From a virus (Duplodnaviria > Caudoviricetes), in the IMG/VR virus record IMGVR_UViG_3300025707_000484: a stretch of DNA of 64,000 nucleotides, one strand, 5' to 3'. A program made the translations under genes and the position numbers. Below are positions 38,934 to 49,724 of the stretch, one piece after another; positions within the stretch are counted from its first letter, which is position 1; each line of letters begins with the position of its first letter. The notes under the pieces are model-generated. The model searched no databases, was not told the origin of the DNA, and saw nothing but the letters and a program-made list of their open reading frames with translations.

Positions 38934-40349
38934 TTATATGTCATCTGAAGCACTCATATTACGTAATAAAGATCTTATTTTGCTTCCACTTGCTTCAGCA
39001 GTTACTTTAGGTGTATCCTCATTAGGTTGTACTGTTGCACTTCTGTTTATTCTGTCAAATATATTTGTTGATTGTGATTGTGTTGCTGTATAAGAAGTAT
39101 CTTCTTCTGGTTGTGCATCTTCTCCCAAGTCTCGTATACGCAAACTGCTTATATCAAATTCCAAATCTACTTTAGAACCAACACCGCTACTACTTCTTGT
39201 TTTCATAAACTGTACTTGATAACGTCCACGCTCACGCATTGCTCTACTTGTAAAAATACCAATAACATTATCTGCTGTATTAATTTTACTAATACCACCT
39301 GCAATGTGACTATGATCAAATTCTATTTCGTCTACTGCACTTCTGTTTAACTGCGATGCTGTGACAAATACAACATCTAACTCTTTGGATAAGTTACGCA
39401 GTTCTTCTGCAACATACTTGTCTTTAACATATAAATCACTTGGTGCTACTTTAGTGCTTATTGGCATACACAAATCTAAATAATCTACTAACACTACGTC
39501 TGCTTTCATACCTTTTTGCACATTTAATTCTTTTATATAACTGCGAAAGTCATTAATGTTACTTTGTGCTGGCATATATTTTATTTGCAAGCTGCCTGCT
39601 TTTTTACTTACAAGTTTAATTTTCATTTCAACAGTATCCAAATCCTTAAATATTTGGTTTGTCGGAATATTAGATATCATACTGTCAATTCGCATTGCTG
39701 TTAATTCCTCACTCAACTCCAATGTAAAATATAATACATTGAGTCCTGCAAGTATCCAATTAACTGAGAGATTTTGCATAAACAAACTCTTACCACTGCC
39801 ACTACCACCAGCAAATATTTGTAACTCACCTCTATTAAATCCACCAAACAATTTTCTATCAAACATTTCCCAACCAGTGCTAACTTGCCCATTACTTGTT
39901 TTTAAATTCATCAAACGTTCACGCGGATTGTCCCAATAATCAGTTCCCATGTCTGTTGTAAGGCCAACCTGCACAGCTTCCTTAATTTTGGCCTCTACTA
40001 ACCCATAATCACCTTTCTCTAACAAATCCGCACTGTCTAATATCGCTCGTTCTAATTCTTTATGCCTACTAAATTGTTCAAACTCGTCTAATAACCAATT
40101 ACTATGCTCTTCTAATTGATCCATTACAATATCTTGTAATTTAGAACCTGTTTTGCTGTTTATTTGCTTTACTTCTGGCAATGCCTTATATTCATCTACA
40201 TAATTTAAAACAAAAGTTGCTATTGGACGCAAACTTCTATCAAAATTCTGTGGATTAAATATATTTTGCACCCTAACAAATGCTTCTGGATTGCTTACTA
40301 GCATTTCCAAGTATAATTTCTGTAATTCTACGTTATATTCTTTATTCAT
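38934..40349 (-). CDS. DnaB-like replicative helicase (T4 gp41-like)
   Basis: AGGSGSGKS, VDYLDL, TASQLNR and MKTRS motifs. Confidence 0.92.
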   Translation of the reverse strand: MNKEYNVELQKLYLEMLVSNPEAFVRVQNIFNPQNFDRSLRPIATFVLNYVDEYKALPEVKQINSKTGSKLQDIVMDQLEEHSNWLLDEFEQFSRHKELERAILDSADLLEKGDYGLVEAKIKEAVQVGLTTDMGTDYWDNPRERLMNLKTSNGQVSTGWEMFDRKLFGGFNRGELQIFAGGSGSGKSLFMQNLSVNWILAGLNVLYFTLELSEELTAMRIDSMISNIPTNQIFKDLDTVEMKIKLVSKKAGSLQIKYMPAQSNINDFRSYIKELNVQKGMKADVVLVDYLDLCMPISTKVAPSDLYVKDKYVAEELRNLSKELDVVFVTASQLNRSAVDEIEFDHSHIAGGISKINTADNVIGIFTSRAMRERGRYQVQFMKTRSSSGVGSKVDLEFDISSLRIRDLGEDAQPEEDTSYTATQSQSTNIFDRINRSATVQPNEDTPKVTAEASGSKIRSLLRNMSASDDI

Positions 40350-40362
40350 ATACTATAATTAT

Positions 40363-41334
40363 CTATATTTGTAATCGTTTTTGATGTAATTGGATTTTAA
40401 GCCTTGTAGATTGGACATTATCCAATATATTCTTTAATGTAAATATTTTACCATAATTTAATACTGATTCATTTATATCCTTGCAAGTATCATACCAAGT
40501 TGGAAAACTAACGTCCCAATTATATTTTAATGCTTGTGTTATAAGTTTATTGCCAGCACTATCATTGTCTGGCATCATTATTACTTGTTTATTTAAACTT
40601 TCTATTAAATCTACCTGGGCATCACCAATATCACTACCCAATATTGCAACACCATCTACAGCGATTGCATCAAATGGGCCTTCTGTTACTATAACAAACT
40701 TACGATCTTCAGTTTGCCTGTCCATATTAAACACATAACCTGCAGGCGTACTTGTAAAATATTTTGGATTACCCTTAACTGCTAGTCGTGCTGTGTATCC
40801 TACTATTTCACCTTGCCAAAAGAATGGAATAATTACACGCCTGTCAAATTTTGTCTCTGTAATTGGTGTCCAGTAATATGGATAATCATTTTCATCCAAT
40901 CCGCGCTTATGTAAATATTCTAATATAAGTTTATTATCAGACGCTAATGGACTGCTTTGCTCTGGAAAGTCTTTCTTCTCAAAATTAAATTCAACTTCCT
41001 CTGGAATTAAATTTTGTTCAATTGCTGTCTCTTTTAATTGTATAGCAGTTAATACAAGACGCTTTATATCAGATTCCGGAGTGCCAAGCCAATCCATCAA
41101 TTGCCGTAGTTTACGACTTAATGGTCTGCCCGGTTGCCAGCCTGTTTTATACCCACAATTAAAGCAATTATACGATATTGCCTCTCCGTTAAGTATAATA
41201 CCGCCTCTACCACGTTTGTCTTGCGTTTCTCCGTTATGAACACAGCACGGAGCATTAAAGGATTGCCAACCACTAGAACTTTTCTTTACCCTTCCTGGTA
41301 AATTGCTCATAATGACTGACTGTATTTGATTCAT
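40363..41334 (-). CDS. DNA primase (T4 gp61-like)
   Basis: Zn ribbon CCVH...CFNC; TOPRIM EGPFDA and PDND. Confidence 0.9.
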   Translation of the reverse strand: MNQIQSVIMSNLPGRVKKSSSGWQSFNAPCCVHNGETQDKRGRGGIILNGEAISYNCFNCGYKTGWQPGRPLSRKLRQLMDWLGTPESDIKRLVLTAIQLKETAIEQNLIPEEVEFNFEKKDFPEQSSPLASDNKLILEYLHKRGLDENDYPYYWTPITETKFDRRVIIPFFWQGEIVGYTARLAVKGNPKYFTSTPAGYVFNMDRQTEDRKFVIVTEGPFDAIAVDGVAILGSDIGDAQVDLIESLNKQVIMMPDNDSAGNKLITQALKYNWDVSFPTWYDTCKDINESVLNYGKIFTLKNILDNVQSTRLKIQLHQKRLQI

Positions 41335-41365
41335 ACAGTTATTATATAGGAATTACTACTAGAAG

Positions 41366-42658
41366 TCAAGAATGTATTTCATTATATACTACAGGAAAGA
41401 GTTCTTTATAATTTGTACCGCGCCGCTTATCTAATTCAGTGAGATATATATGAAATTGTTTTTGTAATTTTTTGTCAGGAGTGGACTGCTCTATGCTTTT
41501 GGCAATACCTCTATAATATTCTTTAGTAGATATTATAATATCTTCATCAAAGTCTTGTAATTTATTAATAGCATCAATATAACCCCAGTCAAGAATTTTT
41601 GGTCCAAAAATTGAAGGATGTACATATGGTCGGCCAGCGGCTTGCATTAAACTATTATGTACTATTTGATAATCATCTTTCCCTCTATTAGTAACAATCC
41701 ATTCATTCCACTCATTTGTTTTTTCCATTAGATCTGGTAAAGTAAATGTTGTTAATGGCATCCAACATATATTAATACCTGTTGATATATCTGTATTTTT
41801 AAAAATATACTGAATATTCTTCTCAAATAGTTTGAGATCTAAACCAAACCTAACATATTCTGCCTCAGGTCCCCAACAATCTATACTGCCAGTCACTTTA
41901 CCACCACGAATATTATCATCTTCTATTAGTTTTTGTAACTTATCTAATCGCACTCTCGTTTTATCATGTTCTACACTAAGATTACTAAAAAATGTTATAT
42001 TCAAATCAGGATTACGTTGAGTAGATAATAAATCTAATAATCTATCACTTTGTGGTTGTTTAAATGGCTCTCCACCCAAAACATATAACGTACGAAGGGA
42101 TTTTAAATTTTCCTCCAGCCAAGTAAACATTTTTTCTGTAAGACTTAACTCTGTGTAATCCTCATAAACATCATATGCTACTCCTTCTGTCACAACATCT
42201 ATATGACCAAATTTGGTATTTTCTGATTGCCAAGTACTACTAAAATGCTCACCACAATATATACAAGATAAATTACAATTATTACTAAAATATATCTCTA
42301 ACTCTGTTGGAGAGACATGTACTGCTTGCGGATTATCTAATAATTCTGGAGGTGAACCAGGGGCAAATGGATGAGTTAAATGTAACATTCTATCACTCAT
42401 TCCACCAGCATCTTCTATAACTCTACAATGCTCACACCCTTTTTCAGGCCAAACGTTATCAAGCATTTGTTGTCTAGCAAGTAATTTTTCTGGAGTATTA
42501 TGAAAATCAAAATTATCCGGAATAGCATCATGATTTACTCTATGACAACTGGCCGTCGTTCCTTTAGTAAGAAAAACTGTACTATGTGCCCATTTTAAAC
42601 GACACTGTAAATCTGATTGTATTGGATGCAGTACTGCTGTTTTTTGAGGTTTATGCAT
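41366..42658 (-). CDS. Twitch-domain radical SAM protein
   Basis: CNLSCIYC, GGEPF and N-terminal C..KW..SCH. Confidence 0.88.
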   Translation of the reverse strand: MHKPQKTAVLHPIQSDLQCRLKWAHSTVFLTKGTTASCHRVNHDAIPDNFDFHNTPEKLLARQQMLDNVWPEKGCEHCRVIEDAGGMSDRMLHLTHPFAPGSPPELLDNPQAVHVSPTELEIYFSNNCNLSCIYCGEHFSSTWQSENTKFGHIDVVTEGVAYDVYEDYTELSLTEKMFTWLEENLKSLRTLYVLGGEPFKQPQSDRLLDLLSTQRNPDLNITFFSNLSVEHDKTRVRLDKLQKLIEDDNIRGGKVTGSIDCWGPEAEYVRFGLDLKLFEKNIQYIFKNTDISTGINICWMPLTTFTLPDLMEKTNEWNEWIVTNRGKDDYQIVHNSLMQAAGRPYVHPSIFGPKILDWGYIDAINKLQDFDEDIIISTKEYYRGIAKSIEQSTPDKKLQKQFHIYLTELDKRRGTNYKELFPVVYNEIHS

Positions 42659-43033
42659 TTACTTAACCTTTTGGATTAATTGTATATTACGGCGTTTAGT
42701 TCTGCGTTGTGCTAGTTCATTCATACTAACATATGGACCATGGACTATTTCTACGTCTTTAGCCATAAATGTTTTAATAAATGGTTTAAATGCGATAAAG
42801 TCTCGTTTGAGAAATATGTTTATAGGGAACATTCTATTTGATTCCCACCACCATACTTCGCCCAGTTCTAAAAACTTTTCTTTTGTCTCTATGTTTGGTA
42901 GTGCATTAAAATCGTAAACGCTTACTATAGTTGCATCTTTATTAAGAATAATACCAACGACTTCCCTATCAATATGTTTAATATAACTGATAAAAGGATA
43001 CTTTTCTGTTAGCTCTTCGTATATGTTTGGCAT
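42659..43033 (-). CDS. Hypothetical phage protein
   Basis: YPFISY...WWWESNRMFPINIFL. Confidence 0.7.
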   Translation of the reverse strand: MPNIYEELTEKYPFISYIKHIDREVVGIILNKDATIVSVYDFNALPNIETKEKFLELGEVWWWESNRMFPINIFLKRDFIAFKPFIKTFMAKDVEIVHGPYVSMNELAQRRTKRRNIQLIQKVK

Positions 43034-43059
43034 ATAAATATAATAAAAGGTCTTATAAT

Positions 43060-43839
43060 ATGTTAGTTACTACGGTCTATTTATATAACCAGAATGTTAA
43101 TCTGAAAATAAAGGCGGACACTGATAAGGAGCATTGGGGGTATGAAATGTATAATCATCCTATAAAGGTATACAAGGGTATTGACAATACCATACAATTG
43201 TCACTAAAGAACGATAATCAAAAGTCGTTAACGATCACTGATAAAACAATAACGTTTAATATTTTAGATAATGTTGGTGATACTGGTGTGTTATTAAGTA
43301 AAACGGCCACATTAGTAGATGGAATTAAAGGAACGGCGAAAGTTGTTATAACAGAAGGTGATCTACTAAATTTAGACTCTCAATATCTTAATTACTCTGT
43401 AACAGTAGTAGACGGTGAATCCAATACTAGTATTGGTTATGTAGATGGCGCATATGATGTATTAGGACAATTACAAATTTCAGATGGTGTTTTTCCAACA
43501 CTTACAGATAGTAAAGTATTAAACACAGCAGACTTTACCATCTCAGGTTCAACTCATACAAGTAATCCATTAGTAGCAGATTCAAAACTTAATCAAAATA
43601 CAGCATTACAAACTGCGGCGTTTTATTTTTCAGGTACATATACTGGCACTATTGTAATACAAGGTACATTAAATGAAAATATATCATTAGCAGATGATGA
43701 TTATTTTGATATTAAAACATTAAATTTAACTGACCAAACTGGTGTTGGTTATACAAACTGGAATGGTGTTCATAGTAGAATTCGTATTAAATGTACTCCT
43801 ACATCAGGTGGATTAGAAAAAGTTTTATATCGTCCTTAA
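43060..43839 (+). CDS. Putative virion/baseplate beta-sandwich protein
   Basis: IKVYKGIDNTIQ..KNDNQK; beta-rich composition. Confidence 0.65.
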   Translation: MLVTTVYLYNQNVNLKIKADTDKEHWGYEMYNHPIKVYKGIDNTIQLSLKNDNQKSLTITDKTITFNILDNVGDTGVLLSKTATLVDGIKGTAKVVITEGDLLNLDSQYLNYSVTVVDGESNTSIGYVDGAYDVLGQLQISDGVFPTLTDSKVLNTADFTISGSTHTSNPLVADSKLNQNTALQTAAFYFSGTYTGTIVIQGTLNENISLADDDYFDIKTLNLTDQTGVGYTNWNGVHSRIRIKCTPTSGGLEKVLYRP

Positions 43840-43875
43840 ATTCTCGTACAGTTATAAAAAGCAGTAAATAATAAT

Positions 43876-45651
43876 ATGCGTATAAAATTTATCGTATTTG
43901 GCTCAAACGCCGACACAGGTGATCTAACCACTGAATTAAGGCAAGATGGCTCACTTGAAGGAATAAATGATTATTTTCTAACGCCAATATATTATTTCTT
44001 AAAATCTTTCTATAAAAAAATTGGAAAATACTATAACAAATACATATGGCTACCTACTGAATATGGTGAATTCAAGAATACTAGTGTAAAAAATATAATA
44101 TCCATAATCGAAAAAGAAAAACCAGATATTATTTGTTTCTCTATGTTTTTATGGAATTTTGATGTACAAATAAAAATAGCAAATATAATAAAACAAAAAC
44201 ATCCTAATATAAAACTTATTGCTGGCGGGCCGAGCATTGATCATAAAAATCCAAATACTGCTAATAACTATCCTTTTATAGATTATTTTGTCTATGGTGA
44301 TGGTGAAAAAGCTTTTACTATGTTGTTAGATAGTTTTTATGAGCCAATAGATGAAAGAACAATACCGAATTTAATAACAAAAGAATTTAAAACTAATCAC
44401 GAAATCTTACGATTTAAAGATTATCCAGCATTTAGTCCATATTGTGATTTAAAAGAAGACTTTATTAATGAACATAATCAGATTACAGATTACTTAAACA
44501 AAAATACTACTAATAATTACGTACTTACTTACTCTTTCGAAAGAATACGTGGTTGTCCATATGCTTGTACGTTTTGTGATTGGAGTGGTGGGTTACATCA
44601 CAAATTAAACAAAAGATTGGGAGATTGGAAGGAAGAAATAAAGTTTCTTTCAAAATTTAATAACATATCTATGCATTGGATTGATGCTAATATTGGAATG
44701 ATGAAGGAGGATATTGAAATATTTAAATTTGGTCTATCATACACAACTAATTCTTTTTCCTTTAGCGGCGGGAACATGGCAAAATTACATAAAAGCAATG
44801 TTTTTGATATATGGAGAGCTATATATGAACATGGGCGCGGCAATGTGTTTAAAGTATCATTACAACATCAAGATAAACAAATATTAAAAAACATTAATAG
44901 ACCAGAACTTCCATGGAATGAACATAAAAAATTATTAATTAATTTTAGACAAAAATATAATAAGGCAGAATATAAAGTAGAATTAATTCATGGATTACCT
45001 GGCGCAACTATTGAAGCTCATAAAAAACAATTAATAGAATTCAGTGAAATACCTATAAGTATTGCATCTTTGTATGCATGGGAGTTATTACATAGTAGTC
45101 CTGCATATGACAAATCTTATCAAGAAAAACATAATCTAAAAATAATCACTGCTGGAGTTGTTAACACCAATGTCATAAACTCCACTATTGATGATTTATA
45201 TCATAATGTATCATCTGATAATTATAATCCAATAGAAATATATCAATCAGAGAGAATATGCGATAGTAATTTAGGTTTTAAAGAATATTTGATTATCACG
45301 TATATGACAATATTATATAATATGTTATTTGAAACTACATTAACAACGTCTGAATACAATAAAATTAGATTTATTAACTTTTTAGATTATGCAATGCCAA
45401 TAATTGAAAAATTGGCCGGGGAGCAAACTAAAGACTGGGATGAGAAATTAGAAAAATACGGATTTATTATATTCGGGTTACCGTTTGGATCAAATAAAAC
45501 TCAAACAGTACAACTTGGCTTAGGATTGACAATGATTTGTAATAAATTATTTAGTGGATTACTTTCAGGAAATATTCAAACACCATGGTGGGATGCGTAT
45601 GGTCATATAGAAGATAAAACGAAACAAAGAGGTTCATTGAGTGAGGTTTAA
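43876..45651 (+). CDS. Cobalamin-binding radical SAM protein
   Basis: PDIICFS..WN, IAGGP, GDGE and RGCPYACTFC motifs. Confidence 0.88.
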   Translation: MRIKFIVFGSNADTGDLTTELRQDGSLEGINDYFLTPIYYFLKSFYKKIGKYYNKYIWLPTEYGEFKNTSVKNIISIIEKEKPDIICFSMFLWNFDVQIKIANIIKQKHPNIKLIAGGPSIDHKNPNTANNYPFIDYFVYGDGEKAFTMLLDSFYEPIDERTIPNLITKEFKTNHEILRFKDYPAFSPYCDLKEDFINEHNQITDYLNKNTTNNYVLTYSFERIRGCPYACTFCDWSGGLHHKLNKRLGDWKEEIKFLSKFNNISMHWIDANIGMMKEDIEIFKFGLSYTTNSFSFSGGNMAKLHKSNVFDIWRAIYEHGRGNVFKVSLQHQDKQILKNINRPELPWNEHKKLLINFRQKYNKAEYKVELIHGLPGATIEAHKKQLIEFSEIPISIASLYAWELLHSSPAYDKSYQEKHNLKIITAGVVNTNVINSTIDDLYHNVSSDNYNPIEIYQSERICDSNLGFKEYLIITYMTILYNMLFETTLTTSEYNKIRFINFLDYAMPIIEKLAGEQTKDWDEKLEKYGFIIFGLPFGSNKTQTVQLGLGLTMICNKLFSGLLSGNIQTPWWDAYGHIEDKTKQRGSLSEV

Positions 45652-46212
45652 ATTAAGTAAATTCATATGCACAACGACCAAATGTGCATAGGCAACCGCA
45701 TGTGATTTCTTAAAATAATAACCTTTATCAGGCTTTTCCCATACTTGCTCACCAATTTCTTCCCATGATTTGCCAATCAAATAACGTTTTGCTGGCCGTA
45801 TTACAGATAAAAACATTGCCATGCGTGGAATAGTATCTGGCATCATTTTTTTAATAAGATCATATTGATTACCGATATGTATTACTTGCTCACAATATTC
45901 TTTCTCTGCTAATCTTTCCCAAGGTGGTTCTGTAAACATTAAATCAATCAAATGTGCTTCACTTTCAACTTGGCTATATACATTTACATTAAGCAAATCC
46001 AATTTAAAATATCCGCGTTCTTCCGCGTCTTTATGATCAAGTGAACAAATACCTTTTACTGGATCTGTCGGCACATCAGTAAAATACGCACCAGTATTAT
46101 GCTTAATTAATTCATTTGCCCTAATAATAGTCGCAGGAGTATGATGCTTTACTTTTTCCAGCACAGCAGTTCTATCTGCAAAATCTATATCAATATCAAA
46201 CTTAAGGCTCAT
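45634..46212 (-). CDS. Miniature DNA polymerase III alpha (DnaE)-like protein
   Basis: DIDIDF, KHNTG, FKLDLL and FKKSHAVAYA motifs within 192 aa. Confidence 0.8.
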   Translation of the reverse strand: MSLKFDIDIDFADRTAVLEKVKHHTPATIIRANELIKHNTGAYFTDVPTDPVKGICSLDHKDAEERGYFKLDLLNVNVYSQVESEAHLIDLMFTEPPWERLAEKEYCEQVIHIGNQYDLIKKMMPDTIPRMAMFLSVIRPAKRYLIGKSWEEIGEQVWEKPDKGYYFKKSHAVAYAHLVVVHMNLLNLNLTQ

Positions 46213-46909
46213 TTTGATTTCTCGTTCTTGGTATAATTGGCAATGCTAAAAATCCTAAACGTGGTGTTGGTAAATTTCCACCAGCATCATCAAATGCTTC
46301 TATATATTCATATCCATGATTAAAATATGTTTTTTTATAATAACTTGAATCTTCCCACCACACTATCAATTCTTTATGCTTATCTATTGGGTCTGGATTG
46401 GATCGCAAGTGTACTTCTATAATATTATCATCAATACACTCTACATTTATTTTACCTACATCTTTCAACTCATCAAACCACTCTGGAAGTTCAACAAATC
46501 TATTCATCTTAACCCATTTACTCCATCTCCACAACTTTTCTTCTCCAGTTTCCCTGTATCCTTCCCAACAATTTAATTGTCGCCAACCTTTTGTATATCG
46601 CGGAGTTCTTAATGGTCCTTCCCAGTCCTCTTCCCATTCAAAATCATATGAGAAATGTCTCCCTTCAAACTTTTCACACCAAAAATGACCCGACGGTATG
46701 GTAATCCATTCATGTGGATCCATTTTTATAGTTTTAGCACCCACACCCATACCTTCTAAATTCATAATAGGGCGCACAATATATTCTTCATCAAACAATA
46801 CATTTACACCAGCCGGGCCACATCTATAGCCTAACTTTTCACTTAACCATAACTTATTATACCATTTACGGTGATGTGGATAAGTGTCATAGGCAACTGC
46901 GTCATCCAA
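46202..46909 (-). CDS. Hypothetical protein (possible ATP-grasp-like)
   Basis: YIVRPIMNLEGMG, FWCE.FEGRH and IIEVHLR. Confidence 0.6.
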   Translation of the reverse strand: MDDAVAYDTYPHHRKWYNKLWLSEKLGYRCGPAGVNVLFDEEYIVRPIMNLEGMGVGAKTIKMDPHEWITIPSGHFWCEKFEGRHFSYDFEWEEDWEGPLRTPRYTKGWRQLNCWEGYRETGEEKLWRWSKWVKMNRFVELPEWFDELKDVGKINVECIDDNIIEVHLRSNPDPIDKHKELIVWWEDSSYYKKTYFNHGYEYIEAFDDAGGNLPTPRLGFLALPIIPRTRNQNEP

Positions 46910-47096
46910 ATTTTTGCTCCATAAACATTATTTTATCTTTAAGCCATAACTTTTCTTTTTTCAATTCAATTATTTTCATATGTACTTCGCCAATATCTTG
47001 CTCATTCTCCTCGATTTCCCATATCGTTTTATCTAACTCTTTATGCCTAATTTTTAACTTTTCCAAATCAAGGTTGTATACATTTTCATTAGTCAT
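46902..47096 (-). CDS. DUF465/YdcH-like coiled-coil protein
   Basis: LKIRHKELD...LKKEKLWLKDKI. Confidence 0.75.
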   Translation of the reverse strand: MTNENVYNLDLEKLKIRHKELDKTIWEIEENEQDIGEVHMKIIELKKEKLWLKDKIMFMEQKFG

Positions 47097-47108
47097 TAAA
47101 TATCTCCT

Positions 47109-47810
47109 TTACATGTTTGCGTCACTTAAAATATGTTTAACCCATTCTACATCGGCCATAAACGCTTCAAAACGTCTACTCCAATATATTGGGTCTATAA
47201 AATCATTAATTAAACCTAACTGCTCATCAGTCATTTTCTCTAACATTTCCATGCCTGTTTTACTATTATAGATTGTCCATGGACTTATTTTTCCATTTCT
47301 AATTAATGCTACTGCTTTATTGAAACTTACAAACTTAAAAAAATGATTGAACCGGGCATCATTTTCAGTTGCCCATTTTTCCATAGTTATAATACTGCGC
47401 TCTAATGCATCACGAACGTTTTCAGTTTTAATATATGGTAATAGATACTCCTCATATACAGCATCTTTACACCAGTGATCTAACTTTGTATTACTTTTAA
47501 TAACATAATCTATAAAGTAATCTGGATTTATTACGTTAATATTAATAATGTGGTTACCAAATTTTACAAAAGCATTATAATATTGACTTTGTGAAAAGTG
47601 CTCATATGTTTTAAAATTTGAACTGCCTTGTGTTAACTCATAGAACCGTTTGTAAGCAATATACGCAATTTGTACATGCTTTGCATCCTGTTGTTGATGC
47701 CTACGCTTGGGCTCACATACGTGCGCCGCTAGTGTTTTCTCTCTTGTAAAACTCCTTTTACAAAATTGGCACTCATAATCTTTCTCTGATTGACTTATCA
47801 TCATAACCAT
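47109..47810 (-). CDS. Zn-finger hypothetical protein
   Basis: CQFC..F.REKTL..H.C. Confidence 0.7.
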   Translation of the reverse strand: MVMMISQSEKDYECQFCKRSFTREKTLAAHVCEPKRRHQQQDAKHVQIAYIAYKRFYELTQGSSNFKTYEHFSQSQYYNAFVKFGNHIININVINPDYFIDYVIKSNTKLDHWCKDAVYEEYLLPYIKTENVRDALERSIITMEKWATENDARFNHFFKFVSFNKAVALIRNGKISPWTIYNSKTGMEMLEKMTDEQLGLINDFIDPIYWSRRFEAFMADVEWVKHILSDANM

Positions 47811-48243
47811 GTTCTATTGCTAATTGTTTAAGTTCTTTCTTGTCACACATCTCAGCATATGCTTCGACGTCACTTAATTTCCAAGTTGGATATAATTCTC
47901 TTAGAAACTTTGTCTTTTTATTATCTTTTACATTTTTTTTCATTGGCAGATACTTGCGATTAAAACTGCCAATTTTGGGATTAATAGCACACAAAATCAT
48001 CCATACTAACTTTGGATGCTTACTAATTTCCCAGAAATCTTTATTTAATTCTTCATTTGTAGAGCGTATCATATACTCTTGCAAGTCGTTATTACCCGTA
48101 GCACTTGCATTATATTTTAATTGCAAATAAGAACTAAATGCTTTTTGCTTTTCTTTCCCAATCCGACCATAGAACCAATAATCTTTATTATCTAATGCAT
48201 TAAATATCTCTTTAAGAGGTAATATTGGTTGTTTACGTGGCAT
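47773..48243 (-). CDS. Putative clamp-loader small subunit (gp62-like)
   Basis: Size, position in the replication cluster, KAFSSY...N..FW.ISKHP. Confidence 0.5.
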   Translation of the reverse strand: MPRKQPILPLKEIFNALDNKDYWFYGRIGKEKQKAFSSYLQLKYNASATGNNDLQEYMIRSTNEELNKDFWEISKHPKLVWMILCAINPKIGSFNRKYLPMKKNVKDNKKTKFLRELYPTWKLSDVEAYAEMCDKKELKQLAIEHGYDDKSIRERL

Positions 48244-48856
48244 TTCTTTCTCTTATATGGGTATGAAAGTTATTTGTAAATACTTCTGATATATACTCTT
48301 CTATTTTAACATGTTTCATATATTTGTCAAGTTCGAAGGGTATACTATCAGCAACCCGAGTAATGATGCCGCCTTTTTCTCTAAACCTATTGCTAATCAT
48401 TTTCAAGTTGTATGCGTCTATAATAAACCCGCCTGCTTCTTTATTGCTTGGCTTATATTGGGGTGAATCCTTATACACATTGTTTGTTAATCCGTCAGTA
48501 GTTTCAAGATCAAATCCAATAATATCAATTTCTTTATGATCCCGCATTGCTATGCATATTGCCATATGTCCGGAATTCATCATTGGTTCATATTCGGGCA
48601 TATCTTCCACAAAATAAACATGCTTTGGCATACCATAAAATGTATTACCTTCTGGTTCATCTACAGCACGACCAGCCTGATGAGAATTATATTCAAATTC
48701 AGTCCGCATTTCTTTATCAATTATAACTAAATGATCTGGATTAAATTCTCTATATAGAGCATTACATCCATATATTTCCCACTCATTGCGTTTGAATAAA
48801 TTTAAACCAATTCTTTTTCGACTCTCACCATTTCCTACTACTAATGCTTTTTTCAT
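48233..48856 (-). CDS. MptE/glycosyltransferase-like Rossmann protein
   Basis: VVGNGESR, YGCNALYR, NSG and IIGFD motifs. Confidence 0.6.
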   Translation of the reverse strand: MKKALVVGNGESRKRIGLNLFKRNEWEIYGCNALYREFNPDHLVIIDKEMRTEFEYNSHQAGRAVDEPEGNTFYGMPKHVYFVEDMPEYEPMMNSGHMAICIAMRDHKEIDIIGFDLETTDGLTNNVYKDSPQYKPSNKEAGGFIIDAYNLKMISNRFREKGGIITRVADSIPFELDKYMKHVKIEEYISEVFTNNFHTHIRERNAT

Positions 48857-48887
48857 TTTACGTTGAAGGCCCAATGCTCCAAAACTT

Positions 48888-49724
48888 CTAGTACGGGCTA
48901 TTCATCCGGCCGGCCTCGTCATCCCAATGCCAATACTCACAATTTCCACCATGAATATGACAGTGGCCTGGACCCAACATATTAAAATGAAAGTAATCTA
49001 TCATATCACCAACTCTACCATGAATATGAGCAATATGTGCTTGAGCAGGAGTATTTTCTTGTTTAAACACATCCAGTATAAAATGAGCCAAATTTTTATT
49101 ATTTTCATCATTCATATGATTATTTCTTTTGGTGTCAACTGGATCAGTGTCAACATTACGGGTCCAATCTTTCTCAGATAAAAATTCTGACTTAGAAATA
49201 GCGATTAAAGGAATACGTGCCATTGGTCCACTTTTAGGTATATAATCATTCATACTGTTCTCAAAACACGGTAACCATATACATCGTTGTCTATACTCAA
49301 GCAACATATTATCAATTGATTGTAATAATGCGACCTGTATATCAAGATTATATTCCTCATCATACAGCATTTTATAATATAATGTAATTGCTTTTTTGTA
49401 TTCGAACATTTGACTAATATTATCTTTCTCCCAATTTAAAAAAGTTGTACTCATGTTTTGATCAAAATCAACTTTAACATGTTTATTATATAATCTATGC
49501 GGATTCGTAACACATATCACAATATAATCAACTTTTCCGATTACTGTTTTAATTTGCTTATAAGCACTATACAAGGCTGAAGCAGGTTGGCCAGCACACA
49601 TAATTTCAGCACTTAATTCATATGCTATTATATCTAAATATGACACACTGTCACAATTGTAGTATGGCGTCCGGAAGTCCCGGGAGTCTGCACAAAAACT
49701 ATCTCCGCAAAATGCTATTTTCAT
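48888..49724 (-). CDS. SGNH-hydrolase-like protein
   Basis: IAFCGDSF N-terminus; R.NHM. Confidence 0.6.
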   Translation of the reverse strand: MKIAFCGDSFCADSRDFRTPYYNCDSVSYLDIIAYELSAEIMCAGQPASALYSAYKQIKTVIGKVDYIVICVTNPHRLYNKHVKVDFDQNMSTTFLNWEKDNISQMFEYKKAITLYYKMLYDEEYNLDIQVALLQSIDNMLLEYRQRCIWLPCFENSMNDYIPKSGPMARIPLIAISKSEFLSEKDWTRNVDTDPVDTKRNNHMNDENNKNLAHFILDVFKQENTPAQAHIAHIHGRVGDMIDYFHFNMLGPGHCHIHGGNCEYWHWDDEAGRMNSPY

